Positions 37,050-50,000 of a DNA stretch of 64,000 bases are shown here, piece after piece; positions within the stretch are counted from its first letter, which is position 1, and every line of letters starts with the position of its first letter. The notes below the pieces were generated by a model. That model saw only the letters and a program-made list of their open reading frames with translations, was not told the DNA's origin and ran no database searches. The position numbers and the translations under genes were made by a program. Origin of the DNA: Phyllobates terribilis. Taxonomy: Eukaryota. The stretch lies in contig NW_027366775.1 of NCBI RefSeq assembly GCF_046119375.1, positions 1-64,000 on the forward strand, written 5' to 3'.

Positions 37050-38370
37050 CCTTTTAATGCAAAGTTTGAGAGATAGGAAATCTCGCCATTTATAATAACT
37101 AACTAGCCTCTAAATCCTAATTAATTATAACATGATGGAAGCAATGGTCAAACTCAAAGGAGGCTATCAATTATGTTTAGTTTCTATTAAACAAATCAAT
37201 ATATAAAAAGAGATTTTAATGTATTCCTAATCTAATAAGAAATTAAATAGGTTATTAGATTAATGGGAGAAAGTCTTAGTAAAGATGTGTATCGATATTC
37301 AATTAGTATTGTTGATCATAGAAATTCCAGAATTAAACTTGTATGCAGATTGTTCCTATTCGTATATAAAATTAACTAGCATCTCACAACGGAGTCCACT
37401 AATATTGTCCTAATTACTTAACCACGACAAATGCCTATGGTTTAAACTAACTGAGGCATTAATGCAAATAACATCATGATATAGAAATAGCAAGCGTCGC
37501 TATCCTACATGCAATTCCTTACACATATATTCTAGTTCAAACCGAATCTATAACTATATGCATTTTTTGAAGAAATAGATTATGACGAACAAAATTACCT
37601 AACCTAGCTTGTATGGAATACTAATCCAATCATAGGTGATCAGTCTAGAATCCAATAAATAACTCCATTAAAAATTCCAAAAACATACAATTTCTGCATA
37701 AGAATAATCAGGAAAATCTCACAACAATAACCAATTGAACACCTTTACTAACTTTACTAAGAAGTAAAAGTTTAGTTACTCATATTGAAGGAAAAAACTT
37801 TAAATTCTTGATTAAACTTGTAGAAATCCAGCACAAAGTCTCCAAACTCCAACGATGAACAAGTTTGTAGAATAGAACGATACATAATTCGATAGATTCT
37901 CGAGATTAAAATAAAATCCACTTTAAATAGCTTTAAGTTAACCCTAGATTATATTTTCACAAGATAATACTAAAATTAATCGAAAACAAACCAAACTATC
38001 AGTATCCCAACAACAATAATTAGGAAAGATAGAAAAATAACATAAATCCCGTCTGGAAAATAAGCAAGTCGGTGGGCATCGGTAGGTCTTCAGCATCCAT
38101 CATCGGTTGCATCCGGGAAAACAATGTAACTCCATCGGCAGGCACATTTTAGTGGATAGGCGATCGTCTCCGAGAGATCTGCTATACACCTGCAGGTCCT
38201 TCAGCTTCATCTTGATCTGCAATATGTGTGTCTCTCCTCTTCTCTTCTCTTCATACCTCCATTAAGTAGCATAAATAAGCATATATGATCGCAAAGCAGT
38301 ACGCACCAAATACATTATACTACAACTCAAAACAGTAGTGAATATGTGCTAACTAAGCTCAATCCACATA
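37050..38370 (-). repeat. Athila-type LTR, family D
   Basis: About 37640-38360 aligns with 53225-53930; boundaries are approximate. Confidence 0.6.
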
Positions 38371-40309
38371 CCAACCCAACCTATTCAATTAACTCTCTAA
38401 CTCTCAACATAGAATGCCATCAGCTCACCAAAATGTAGTCGTAAATCAAATGTCATCATGATAACCAAGTAACCATAGTCAATATGCTCAAAGAACATCA
38501 CTAAATCTCCTCTACAAATAAAAATAAAAAACCTAAACTTCATCTCTAAATAACACCACACCAAACTCCATATAATTCCTAATCCACAATATAATGTCCA
38601 ATCACAACGAACACAAACTCAACCACCAATTCCTAAAGAAAAATCTGCATAGGAAAACATAACCAATATCTATCCCACACGAGGAAAAGAAATCTAATTC
38701 TAGAATCTACTCTATACCATCATCAAGTGTGTGCCAGAAATCTCCATAAAAATAAGTAATCAAAATCGCATAGATATAATCATGCATGCTCAAGAATAAC
38801 CCACCAAAGAGATATAATCATGACTACTCAGAATGAGAGGTAAAAAGAAAATAGAATTTAATCTACACTTTATAGTTCCAAGTGAAACCTACACAAAACA
38901 ATCCAATACTCCAACACTTATGTCTCTGATGTCAAAAATATGGATAAGAAAAAACATCCTAAAACACTCAAATTCTTTTCCCTCCAATTTTGTCTTACGC
39001 GTCATTTTGGGTTTTCACTTACCACTCTCATCAAAATAATCTCACACGCCTAAAATATCTCAAGAATCTCAAATTTCCAGGCCTAATGTCATCTAGATTA
39101 CCTACTTATTACATGAGCATCATGAAAGGTTTTTTGTTGGACCGGATGTGTCTAAGTAAATCTAAGAAACAAAGACGTGTTCCTTAGATGCGGAAAATAA
39201 AAGAACTCAACAAAGGAACATTGTTCTTTACAGTGGGAATCTTTGACAACCAACTAGTTATCTAGGATAAAACCCACTACCTTTCTCTCGAAAGGATTTT
39301 GAAACCCTGATTATATTAATAGATGTGAATCGTGTGATTTGAGTACCTTAATCTAACTAAAGATTGTATCTTTTGTGCGGAATAAGATTAATAAATTTAA
39401 GAACATTGATTACCAAAACGATTTTCTTTATTAATTCTACTAGAGTTTACAACTTCAAGGCAAACACACAGTTCTTAGTTCATCTCTAAACTCTCCTAGA
39501 TATAGCCTAAACTCTAAATCAACAAAGAAAACCTCTTAGGACGAACAACTTTTTCTAAATCGGTAATCTAAATAATTTATACTAAAGGCATAATCGCCGA
39601 GAACTAGTCTATGAAATGCTAGATAAAAACAATAAATAAAACAATAAATCGTAACTGAATATCAAAGATAATGAAGTAGCTCTAACAACCTAGATTATGA
39701 ATCTAGGAGATCTCTGGCAAATCTATCTTTCCTTTTATAGCATCTTAAAGATATCTTTCTGACAACGGCCAAAATGGTCGTTCTGTCATTGTCAAAGTGA
39801 ATTCCCTTCGAACTACTCTACCTAAGTAAAGAGGTAAATAGGGGTCGAATTCCACAAGGAATTAAGGGATAGCAAATCTTATTTTATTAGTTTCAATCAA
39901 CTATAAAGGTAATCAGAAGGGGGGAAATGGTGAAAACTAACCAACAAATGATTTATTGAACACAAATATGGGAAAAGCACTTTGCACAATTGGTATCCAC
40001 CTAACAAGTTGAATAATGATCCTAGACTTTTTTATTCGGGTTCTTTCCTAATACTTATATATCATCAAGTTGTCCTAATCCTTGTTCCTTTATAGCTAAT
40101 TAGTTCAACTATACCTTACCTCTAAATCTAACCCTGAAACTATCAAAGGTCAATTTCTAGGTAGCATTAAGATCAATAATAGATAGGAATATGCAGCGCC
40201 ACTTGGATACTAACACAACATTACCCTCCGCACATCTAAAAGTACAACTAGTCTATGTAAATGATTTTCAACTAATTGGACAAGTCTCTCCAACTGGGAC
40301 AAGTCAGGC

Positions 40310-43300
40310 TGATGAAGGACCATCATTGGCACCTCTTACACCACCACCATTACTCCTATGTTTCAAGGGCCATGAAGAAGTCACCTAGAAGGCCTCATCT
40401 TGTAGAGGTTGCTTTGGGATTGTACTTGATGTTTTATGAACTTGTTTGCATTATTTAGTGTGTTTTCTAAGACTTAGTTGCTTGAAAATCACCCATGTGT
40501 TTTATGTTGTTTTTAGACATGTTTTATATTGTTTAAAGTGTGTTTAGGACCTTAGTATTTGCATTTTTTGGACATGGAAGGGCTGGCCCTTCAGGGAGTA
40601 TTTAATGCTTATCCTTGCATGTAATTTGACAGATTTGTTTGAATGAAAAAAGAGTTTTCACTCCAAAACAGGTCTCACCCCTTTTTCCTCCAATTTGACG
40701 TTCTTTTGAGAGTGACTGAGCATTATTGGTGTGTGCTTGCTCAGTTGTGGTTGAGTGTATCAATTCTATCTAGATTTGGTGCTTCTCCCAGCCGATGATC
40801 ATCGTTTTGGTGTAGGTATTCCTCTGCCTTCATCAAGCCAACATGGTCGGGTCATTGCTTCATTGTATGAGGTTCTTGTGCATCTAGTTCAAGGATTTCT
40901 TACTTGTTAGTTTCTGTTTTCCATTCTACTTCCCTCTTCTCTTCCATTTGGTTCTAAAAAGCTCTAATCTATCCACTATCTATTTATTTTTTGGTAGATC
41001 ACTTTGATCTCCCTTTTGTTTGTATTTTTGGTAGCATTAGGTTTCTAGATCGAGCTCTTTATGGCGATCCCCGTATCAAATTGGTATCAGAGCCAATTGA
41101 CACATTTCTACCCTCAAGAACAACCAAATTCGTCCACTGCATCAAGGGAGTTCCTTCACTAGAATGTCGAATTGTTCTTGGTCCTTTTGAGTCTTTTCTC
41201 TTCATGTCTATGTGTGATTTTTGGTGAGATTGCGCATATCTAAGAGGAGGCTTGAAAGCTGGCTTGAATTAAGTGATTTGGAGGTCGTTTGATCCTAAGG
41301 AAGATCAGGATGGGAAGTCTACACACACCGGCCACCACCACCACGAAATTCCGGCCACAAACCCTAACATCGACCATACCCTCCCAACCACCAGCCAAAA
41401 CCACACCCTCAACTAACCGGCCTAGTCCATACCCCTCCCACGTTCTCCATTGGCTGAAAGTGCTACAGTTACAAGATCCAGGTGGTTGAGATCCCAAATC
41501 AAAGAAGTTGTAACCGCCTCCTATGTTTTAGGCGTTTGCATTCCAAATCACACATGTAGTTCTTTTTTTATTTTTAATAGTAGAAGATTTCTCATTTTCT
41601 TCATTTTTCTTTTAAGGTAGATTTATTTTAATTGAGACAAATAAAAGAAAAAGTGGACGGTTAAAAAAAGAAAAAAAAGTAACGTCCAAGTTAGTCTCTT
41701 ATGTTGTATGTCATGTCTACCTAGGATTAAGTCTACCTTAGTGTTGGTTGAATTAGGGGATCTAGATCTAAGTCAAGGATCATCGCTCTGCCTAACCCTA
41801 GGCGTCGGTCACTCACGCTCGAGCGCGCTCCCTCTCAGTCTATTGTGTGCGCACAGGTTAACCAGATCATCGGGCAGGTTCATACCTCCGTCGCCCATTG
41901 CGCGCCTAGCCAAACCCTAAGGTGTCGCTTGCTCTCACTTGCCGAAAACCCTAAGTGCCTCACATCCTTACTCGGGCAATCCTAAGGTGCCGCTCACTTC
42001 ATCAGGCCAACCCTAGGTAACGCTTGCGTAGCCCCGGGAAAACCCTAGTGTCGTGCCTCACCTCCTCGCAGCGTGCCTGTTCCAAAGCTCCATTGTCGTA
42101 CGTCATAAGAAGCCAACCTAATCATGCAGAGCGCCCCATCTATAAACCCTAATTAGCCTTGTGTGCGCGGGTTCACAATAACACCGCCCAGGTTCATCGG
42201 TGTCTCAAGCCTAGCCTCTCCCTACAAGCACACGCCTTGCCATCCCCAGTTGGGTGGGTTCGCAAGATTGCCAAGCTCCGCGTACGCAAACCCTAGCGTG
42301 CAGTGCTCCCGCACCACAAGTCTTTGCGGCCGTGCACATCAGCCTGCTCTAGCGCGCAATAGCCTTACGCATTGCCTTCGCAGCCTCGCGCATTGCCTTA
42401 ACGCACCTCGCAAGCAAACCCTAGATCGTGTGCATCCATAGCCCTAGCGACGCTCACACCTAACCCTAGTTTCAGAGACCCTCACACTTGGGTCACACAA
42501 GTGCTGCACTCACACTCTGAACCAAAGCTGCCTTAGCCTAGCCCTAAACCCTAGCCACGACCTAACACACCTCCGAGTACCAACCTGGTTTCTCTTGATG
42601 AAAACGATCCCATTGGCTCAATTTGCAGCTCCACCTAAGGTACTGCTATTTCTTGAGTTCTAGACTTAAAAAGTTGCTTGTGAATTGCATTACATACTTG
42701 CAATATTTTCCTAGAGTGTTTGTTTGTTTTTCTCTTGTTTGTGTGCTTCTTTTGTTGTTCTATTCGTTTTGTTGAGTCTTACATTTAAGAACCGAGTTAC
42801 TGCAGATCCTTACACTCCTTTCAGGCTGAGATAACACCATAATTCAGGAGCAATTGATACTCCCAACGCAAGCCATCAATCGAGCTTGTTTCAACATCAA
42901 TAGAGAGGAAGTGACATACATATTGGGTTGGCAAACACTTGTGAGGAGTTATTATTGCCTAAAATAACTTGGTTCATAGTTTGATTTGTTTTGATCATGT
43001 CTCGATCACCCATAAGAGAGCAATGGAGTCCATCACCCATTCACCCGGAGTTAATCTCTATGTTCAAGAAGATGAATGACAACCTAGACCGGATGAATGC
43101 CATGTCTGAGGCCTCTAAGACTCACCATGACCTACCTCCACCGCCTACCCATTTAGGCTCAATCTTTGAGATAGGAGGCTCCTCTAACCCAGCTAGTCGG
43201 TCTCCATTAGGAAAATCCACAACCGCCTACCAAGCTGCCATGAATGGTCCACCGATTCCTCCACTACCCGGGTAACCACCTCATTAGCCCATGTACATAC

Positions 43301-45998
43301 ACCATATCCCTCCACCGGTCTATAAACTTTCCTCCCCATCCTCAAGCCTATGGAAAGTACCCTAGACCCGAGTACGCACTCCCTAACCCGGCCTATGCCC
43401 AAAGGGAGTACACCCCTCCTCCTTATCAATCTAACAATAGATGTGCATTTGCTCATGAATTTCAGGATTACCGAGGCAATGAAATGGATTATGAGGGATG
43501 GAGAGGAGTACCACAGCGAAGAGGAAGTGAGAAAGGACGTGAACAAGGAGGTCAAGAGCAAGAACAAGACGGTATAGGGAAGGTGAAGGTCAAGTTCCAC
43601 AATTCGAAGGTAAGTGTGATCCGGATGTCTACATGGATTGGGAGACGAAGATTGAGAGACTCTGGTCGTGCCACAACTTTTTTGAGCTTAAAAGAAGGTC
43701 AAATTGGCAGCCCTAGAGTTCCATGGGTATGCCTTGACATGGTGGAACAACTTGGTGAATAATAAGAGGCGAGCACTTGACCCGGATGTAGTTTCTTGGT
43801 AGCAAATGAACGCTCTCATGAGGACCCATTTTGTGCTCCCCATCACACCCGAGACCTTCATCAAAAGCTTGGGAACCTCAAAAAAGGTTCCATGAGTGCG
43901 TAGGAAACATTCAATGCCATGCAAATGGCTATGTCAAAATCAAGCATCGTAGAGGATGAAGAATCGACAATGGCAAGGTATCTTCATATCCTTAATCCCT
44001 ATTTGTCTAATGAGGTCAGTTTCTATCCTTATAACAGAGTGACGGAGCTCCTACACTTGGCCATCAAGGTGGAGACAAAGTTCAAGCTCTGAAACCAGCA
44101 AGGTGACAAGTCGAACCCTTCCTCCGACGCTTGGCATACCAATGCCCGTTAATCCCCCTCCTATGCCCATGAACCACCAAGGCACCCTTCATACGAGAAA
44201 GGAGGGTCAACGAAGGATCCCACTAGCTCTACCTACCCTCCTAAGGCAGTCCACGCACCCTATTAAGGACGAAAAGGGAATGTCTCTAATCCCTCTTCTT
44301 CTAATATTAAGTCTAGATCTATTGAATGCTTTAAATGTAAGGGTAAGGGTCACTACATGCGAGATTGTCCTAAGAAGAGAGTAATGATAGTCAATCAACT
44401 AGAGCAATCTGACTCGGAATCTGATAATGATGATGAAAAGCCCTTGGAATCTGAAATTAGGGAGCATGATAATGAATTAGGAGAATCACTTGAGATATCT
44501 TACATGGATGGAGATTCTTTGTTTTGCAACCGCACCTTGCATGCTAAATCTGATTTATGTGATGATAACCAAAGAAAGAACCTATTTCATACTAGATGTT
44601 TGGTTAAGAACAAGGTGTGTGATGTGATCATAGATGGAGGGAGTTGTTGAAACATTGCAAGCACCAATCTTGTCTCTAAGTTGGAACTACGCCCATTCTT
44701 ACATCCTAGGGCATAATAGATTATATTGGATGAATGAGTGTGGGGAATTGGAAGTGAATAAGCAAGTAAAGGTACCAATCACTTTAGGACATTATGAGGA
44801 TACTATCATATGTGATATCGTACCTATGCAAGCTTGTCAAATCCTATTAGGTAGGACATGTCAATATGACTTAAAAGTAGCTTGTGATGGTTATACTAAT
44901 AGGTACTCATTTAGGCATGACAGTAGACTTGTCACTCTCTGTCTTATGACCCCTTTGCAGGTTTTCGAAGCTTGTGAAAAGAGGAGAAAGAAGGAGTTGG
45001 CAAGAGCTAAAGGAAAGGAAGAAGAGGCTGCAAAGAACTCACCGAAGACCGCACCTACATATAGCTCAAGGAAGCCGGCCCTTTCCTTTGAACAATGCAG
45101 CCTACTAGGCCCACCTCCCACGTCCCTCCTAGCTACCAAAGGAGAGCTCATTAGTCACTTAATCAAGTTGTTCAAGGACGGCCCCGATTCTCACATGCAT
45201 TCATGGTCGAATCCTCTTCAAGAAAGGGAGGATGGAGAAGGACCACCGTATCACCTCTTACACCTCCACCATTACTCCTATGTTTCCAGGGTCATGAAGA
45301 AGTCACCTAGAAGGCATCATCTTGTAGAGTTTATTTTGGGATTGTACTTGGTGTTTTATGAACTTCTTTGCATTATCTAGTGTGTTTTCTAAGACTTAGT
45401 TGCTTGAAAATCAGCCATGTGTTTATGCTAATTTTAGATATGTTTTATCTTGTAGAGGTTGCTTTAGGACCTTAGTATTTGCATTTTGTGGACATGGATG
45501 GGCAGGCCCTTTAGGGAGTATATAAGGCTTTTCCTTGCATGTAATTTGACAGATTTGTTCGAATGAAAAAATGGTTTCTCTCCAAAACAGGTCTCACCCC
45601 TTTCTCCTCCAATTTGACATTCTTTTGAGACTGATTGAGCGTTATTGGTATGTGTTTGCTCAGTTGTGATTGAGTGTGTCAATTCTACCTAGATTTGGTG
45701 CTTCTCCCATCTGATGCTCATCGTTTTGGTGTAGGTATTTCGCAGCTTTCATCAAGCTAACATGGTAGGGTTGTTGCTTCATTGTATGAGGTTCTTGTGC
45801 ATCTAGTTAAAGGGTTTCTTACTTGTTAGTTTTGGTTTTCCATTCTCCTTACCTCTTCTCTTTCATTTGGGTCTAAAAAGCCCTAGTCTATCCACTTTGA
45901 GTTTGGTTTTTGGTAGATCACTTTGATCTCCCTTTTGTTTGTATTTTTGGTAGCATTATGTGTCTAGATCAAAGCTCTTCACGACGATCCCCGTATCA
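40310..45998 (+). mobile_element. Non-autonomous CRM-type chromovirus (gag + protease; no RT/RH/INT)
   Basis: LTRs 40310-41078 and 45233-45998 both end CCCCGTATCA; PBS TGGTATCAGAGC at 41082; PPT aagaaagggagga; TSD caggc/catgc (4/5). Confidence 0.9.
42997..45380 (+). pseudogene. CRM gag, zinc knuckle and protease, frameshifted; last frame runs into the 3' LTR
   Basis: GIGKVKVK followed by a frameshifted ...DPDVYMDWETKIE; CFKCKGKGHYMRDCP; QRKNLFHTRCLV...IIDGGSC; CDIVPMQACQILLGR. Confidence 0.88.
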
Positions 45999-47049
45999 CA
46001 TGCCTAGCTATATGAAATTGACTTAAACAACCTAGGTGATCAATCTAGATAGATAATTTAATTCAATAATAATTATAATCAAGAGGATAAAGAAATCTAG
46101 GACATATTATTATAACCAAAGGATAGAAGTCTTACATTTAATCAACTCATTGTCTTCCACCAATCAAACAAAATATAGGAGACTACTCCTGACTCATTGC
46201 AAAAACTACGTAAATATGAAATGAATAAACTATGAAATGTGATGATGTGTACCTAAATGGAGGAAAAAGCTCCTATATTTGTTAACCTAATGAGAAGAGC
46301 TAAACCTAATTATCCTATCCCAAAGCTCCATCTAAAAGTAGCCCAAAGCCCACATAAAGCACTAAGTGAAATTAGGGTTTCAGAGGCTTCTTGGCCCGAC
46401 ACGGGTGCGGTCGCGCGTGTATTGGCGCGGTCACGCTTGGGACGAGATCTTGACTTTGGCCCGCGTCCAGTGGCACGATCACGCGCGCCAAGGCGCGGTC
46501 GCACCTATTCTTCTGCCGCTTTGTGTGGTCGTGTCACTGTGTGCACGGCTCCGGCTTAGTACCGTTGGCAATATTCTCCTTGAACGTTTATAAACCTTGT
46601 GTTTAACTCCTTCTCTTCACTCGGTCCGGATCACGGTAATATGCTTCATAATCATGCCAAATCTCTCATATTTGATGCTAACGACCACTTTCTACGTTGT
46701 ACTAAATGTTGCCTATCACTTTCCTCTTTTATGCGCTTCGTTCCCTTCCTTTCACTTGGTTCCCTTCAGCGCTTCACTCCCTTATATTGTTCAGAACTTC
46801 TATTACTCAATTCCCTAACTCCATTACTCGGTTCCCTAACTTTGTACTCGGTTCCCTTGATTATGGGAAGCGCTTTGAGCACTTTGCTTCTCGCTTGACT
46901 CGCTTCATCTTTCTAAGTTAAGCTCGTTAATTCTTTTACTCCAATTACCTAATTTGCTCTAAGGCCTATTGATATCCTGCAATAACTCAATCAAGGTAGA
47001 CATTGGTATATAAAGATGTTTGTTATCATTAAAATTGAGAGATCATCAG

Positions 47050-50000
47050 TTATAGATACTAGAAGCTAGTTCCTATAACCAAAAATTTCCCCCTTTTTAA
47101 TGATGACAAACATAGAATCCTGGCATAGATATACAAAAATTAGCCAAAGGGACTGAGTAGGAAATTATTTTGATTCCTCCTTAACCTGTGAACAACTAGC
47201 ATATATCGCCCTTTGAACTTATCACAAGGCCTGGTTCCCCCTTATTCAAATATCTCTTATGCATGTATTATTCTCCCTTTTGACATCATTTAAAAAGACA
47301 TGCTCAATATTAGACAAGGGAAAGTAATTATAAAACGTGTGTGCTCTCTAGAGGATGATTAAGTGATGCATAAGAAAACAACAAGTAAGGCACTTCTAAG
47401 GACAAACTAGAGCAAGAAGGTATTTAATCAAAAGCATACTTCATATATTATTAAGCACACAAAAAAAAGTAATAAGAGCAAACATACATTCAGATTTTTA
47501 AGTAGCTTTTGGATTTCTGAGGAGCCCTAAGATGCTGACAACGAGCACTGATTCAAGGCCACTATTCATCTTGAAAGTCGCTTATACATTCTTCTTTTAG
47601 AGGACCGGCCATGAGAGCCTTGATGTGGTGAAGGTGCCAGTTGATCATCTTGCAAAGGCATGCCATGTGCTTGTTTAGTTGAAGCAAGACCTCTAGTGTC
47701 TTGACTTGGATCTCGGAAGGGGTAAGGTTTTTTGGTATGAGAGGTTTGGCTGGGCTCTTGAGGGGCTGAGATTTGGGTTATGATTTGGGGCTACTTTGGG
47801 TTCATACCCGAGCTAGAGCTTCTCTTGAGGGGCCTCCATGCCAGCGTTCTTGACTAGTTGTCGCAGCCGAGTCAGTGTCACTATACTCTCTAGCGATGTC
47901 TCCTTCACCGGATTGTAGATGCCAAGCTCGATCATGATCTTCTTCACGACGTACGGATATGGAAGCGCATGATTTTGTGCATCTTGAATGTAAGCATGTG
48001 GGAGAGGATCAACCTTGGAGTGTCGATCAAACTCTCCTCTATCATAGCTCTTAGGAGGCAAGCGCCGGCTATCATAACTGTGTCTTGCTTCTCTTGTCAT
48101 GGAACTAAGTTTCGCAAAATGATGAAGTGAAGGAACTTTTTTGGCCGAAAGATAGCATGTGGGTCTTGATTTCTGTAGGGCTCACCTTGCCCACATGCAG
48201 CTCGATCGTCTCTGACTTCCAGGAGGGCTAGTTTTTCTAAGGCAGTGAAGCATAACCTTCGTCGGTTGGGAGGCCGAGCACCTTGGAAACGAGCTTGACA
48301 TTGACGGTCTTGGGCTCGCCTCCCACGGTATCTGCGTGAATGAGTAAGGTTGGCCTGAGACTAGAGGCATGGGAACCAAGGCGCTGTAAAAAAATTGCAC
48401 TTCGTCGAGGTCGATTGCGAAAGGCTCCTCTTCTAGCTTGCACCAACGGGTGCGCTCTAAGGTGGCAACAGTGGAGGCAATGTCAAACTCCGCCGGATCC
48501 AGGGTTCTCCAAAACCCTTGTCCTATTATGATGCACTCGATCACCATGTGCATCTCAAAGTTGCCATGTGGAGGTAGGAGACGGATTGTTCAGACGCCCT
48601 CCATTGAAATGAGGGATTTTGATGAGAGGCCTTTGGCCTTTTTAACTGTGGTGGAGGAGGGGGTGATTTCAAGAGGGCGTTTGAGGGTTGTGCGGATTTT
48701 GGGGGACCCGGGAGCTGTGAGGGTGAGAGTAGGGGCTGTTAGAACGAGGGTTGGTGGATGGCTTTCGTCATGATCTGAGATAGTAGGTGTGTTCTCACTA
48801 GATTTCGATGAGGAGGGTTCGGGGTGGTGGATGAAATGGGATGAATGGGCTGGGTTGTTTGGGCTTTATCCTCATCCATTGGAGTGGGAGTGGTGTGACG
48901 CTATGAGGTTGGCCCTTTAGCTACTGGTGGTGGTGAAGTCTTTTTCTCCGAGGTTTTGTGTGGATGGATGTGGTGGTGGTTTGTGTCTGTTGGTTTTCAA
49001 CCGCCGGATGTGGTGCTTGAGTTGTGGCGGGTGTAGGTGGTGGCGGATTTGTGGAGATGGTGAGGCGGGATTGGAGAAATGCTTGATACTTCATGTACTG
49101 TTCCCATTGTTCGGGAGTAAGGTGAATTGGTTGGCCATTTTTTTCTGTGAAGTAGATTTAGAGATTTGGAGTGAGAGATGAGATAAAGAGAGTGATAGAT
49201 GACAGAGATGTGTGCGAATGCGGTGAGGGGGTACAGATCTGGTCTGGATTGGCTTAAATATGGTAGGTGCAACGGGAAAAAAGCAACGGTCCATTTCAGA
49301 TCAGATTCGGCGCCTCGGAACTCGGTGAAGTTAGTTACCGTTGGGGAACTGGGGCGTAATTATTTCCTAGGAAGTAGGCGACCGTTGAGAGTGCTCGGTC
49401 CCCTATGTTTTTGTTGGTCCCTATACTGAGTTCCACAAAAAAATGCGCTTCATACCATTTTCTGTTTTATCGGTCCCCATACTCTTTCGGTCCGTAAGTT
49501 CAGTTCCATTCACATTGTGCTTGATATTTACTCTTAAAACTTGGTCCCCATCTTATTAAGGGGTTGTGTCTCAGTTCCCATTCTCATCGGGATAAATTTA
49601 CTAGCTTAAGCACTTCAATTAATTCAAAGACACAAAGGGACTGCATATCTCTTTAAATAAACATGTGTTGAGCATAATTAGGAAGGCTCTTTGTCATCTA
49701 AGTGAATATTCCCAGGTGTGGACTAATGGCCATAGGGAACGGAACATAAAGATCAAGGATAAGGGACTAGTTTATAAACAAGAATCATATCTGGGGGCTT
49801 GATGACATGGTTAAGAAGCGATCATTCTGTTTATTTATCAAGGCTTGAAAAAGAGAGCATGCAAAGGTATCAAATTTTAGCAAGCAGTAGTACAATCCTA
49901 GAAGGGCCTAACAAGAGTTTATCAGTAAGCATCACACAGAACATGAGAGAGACAAATACCCATAAGAGTACAGGCTAGGTTCGCGCACATAATAGACCTA

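Larger units (their letters stand above)
39760..46718 (-). repeat. Family C solo LTR with TSD CTTTC, split by a CRM element (pieces 39760-40309 and 46004-46718)
   Basis: Starts tgacaacggccaaaatggtcg like 17782. The two halves rejoin to match 25405-25450. CTTTC lies at 39755-39759 and 46719-46723. Confidence 0.88.
39100..47048 (-). repeat. Probable solo LTR (family F) split by the family C solo LTR; pieces about 39100-39759 and 46724-47048
   Basis: LTR-like AT-rich sequence on both sides of the CTTTC TSD; the right end is ...gagatcatca. The left boundary is uncertain. Confidence 0.35.

Noticed and set aside
41790-42556. Interstitial telomeric repeat
   Set aside because: The motifs are dispersed with variable spacers, not tandem TTTAGGG.
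47600-48770. Env-like ORFs as captured host or viral genes (also 33110-35050)
   Set aside because: Their position between pol and the PPT matches the known extra ORFs of Sirevirus and Athila, and no other homology is recognisable by eye.
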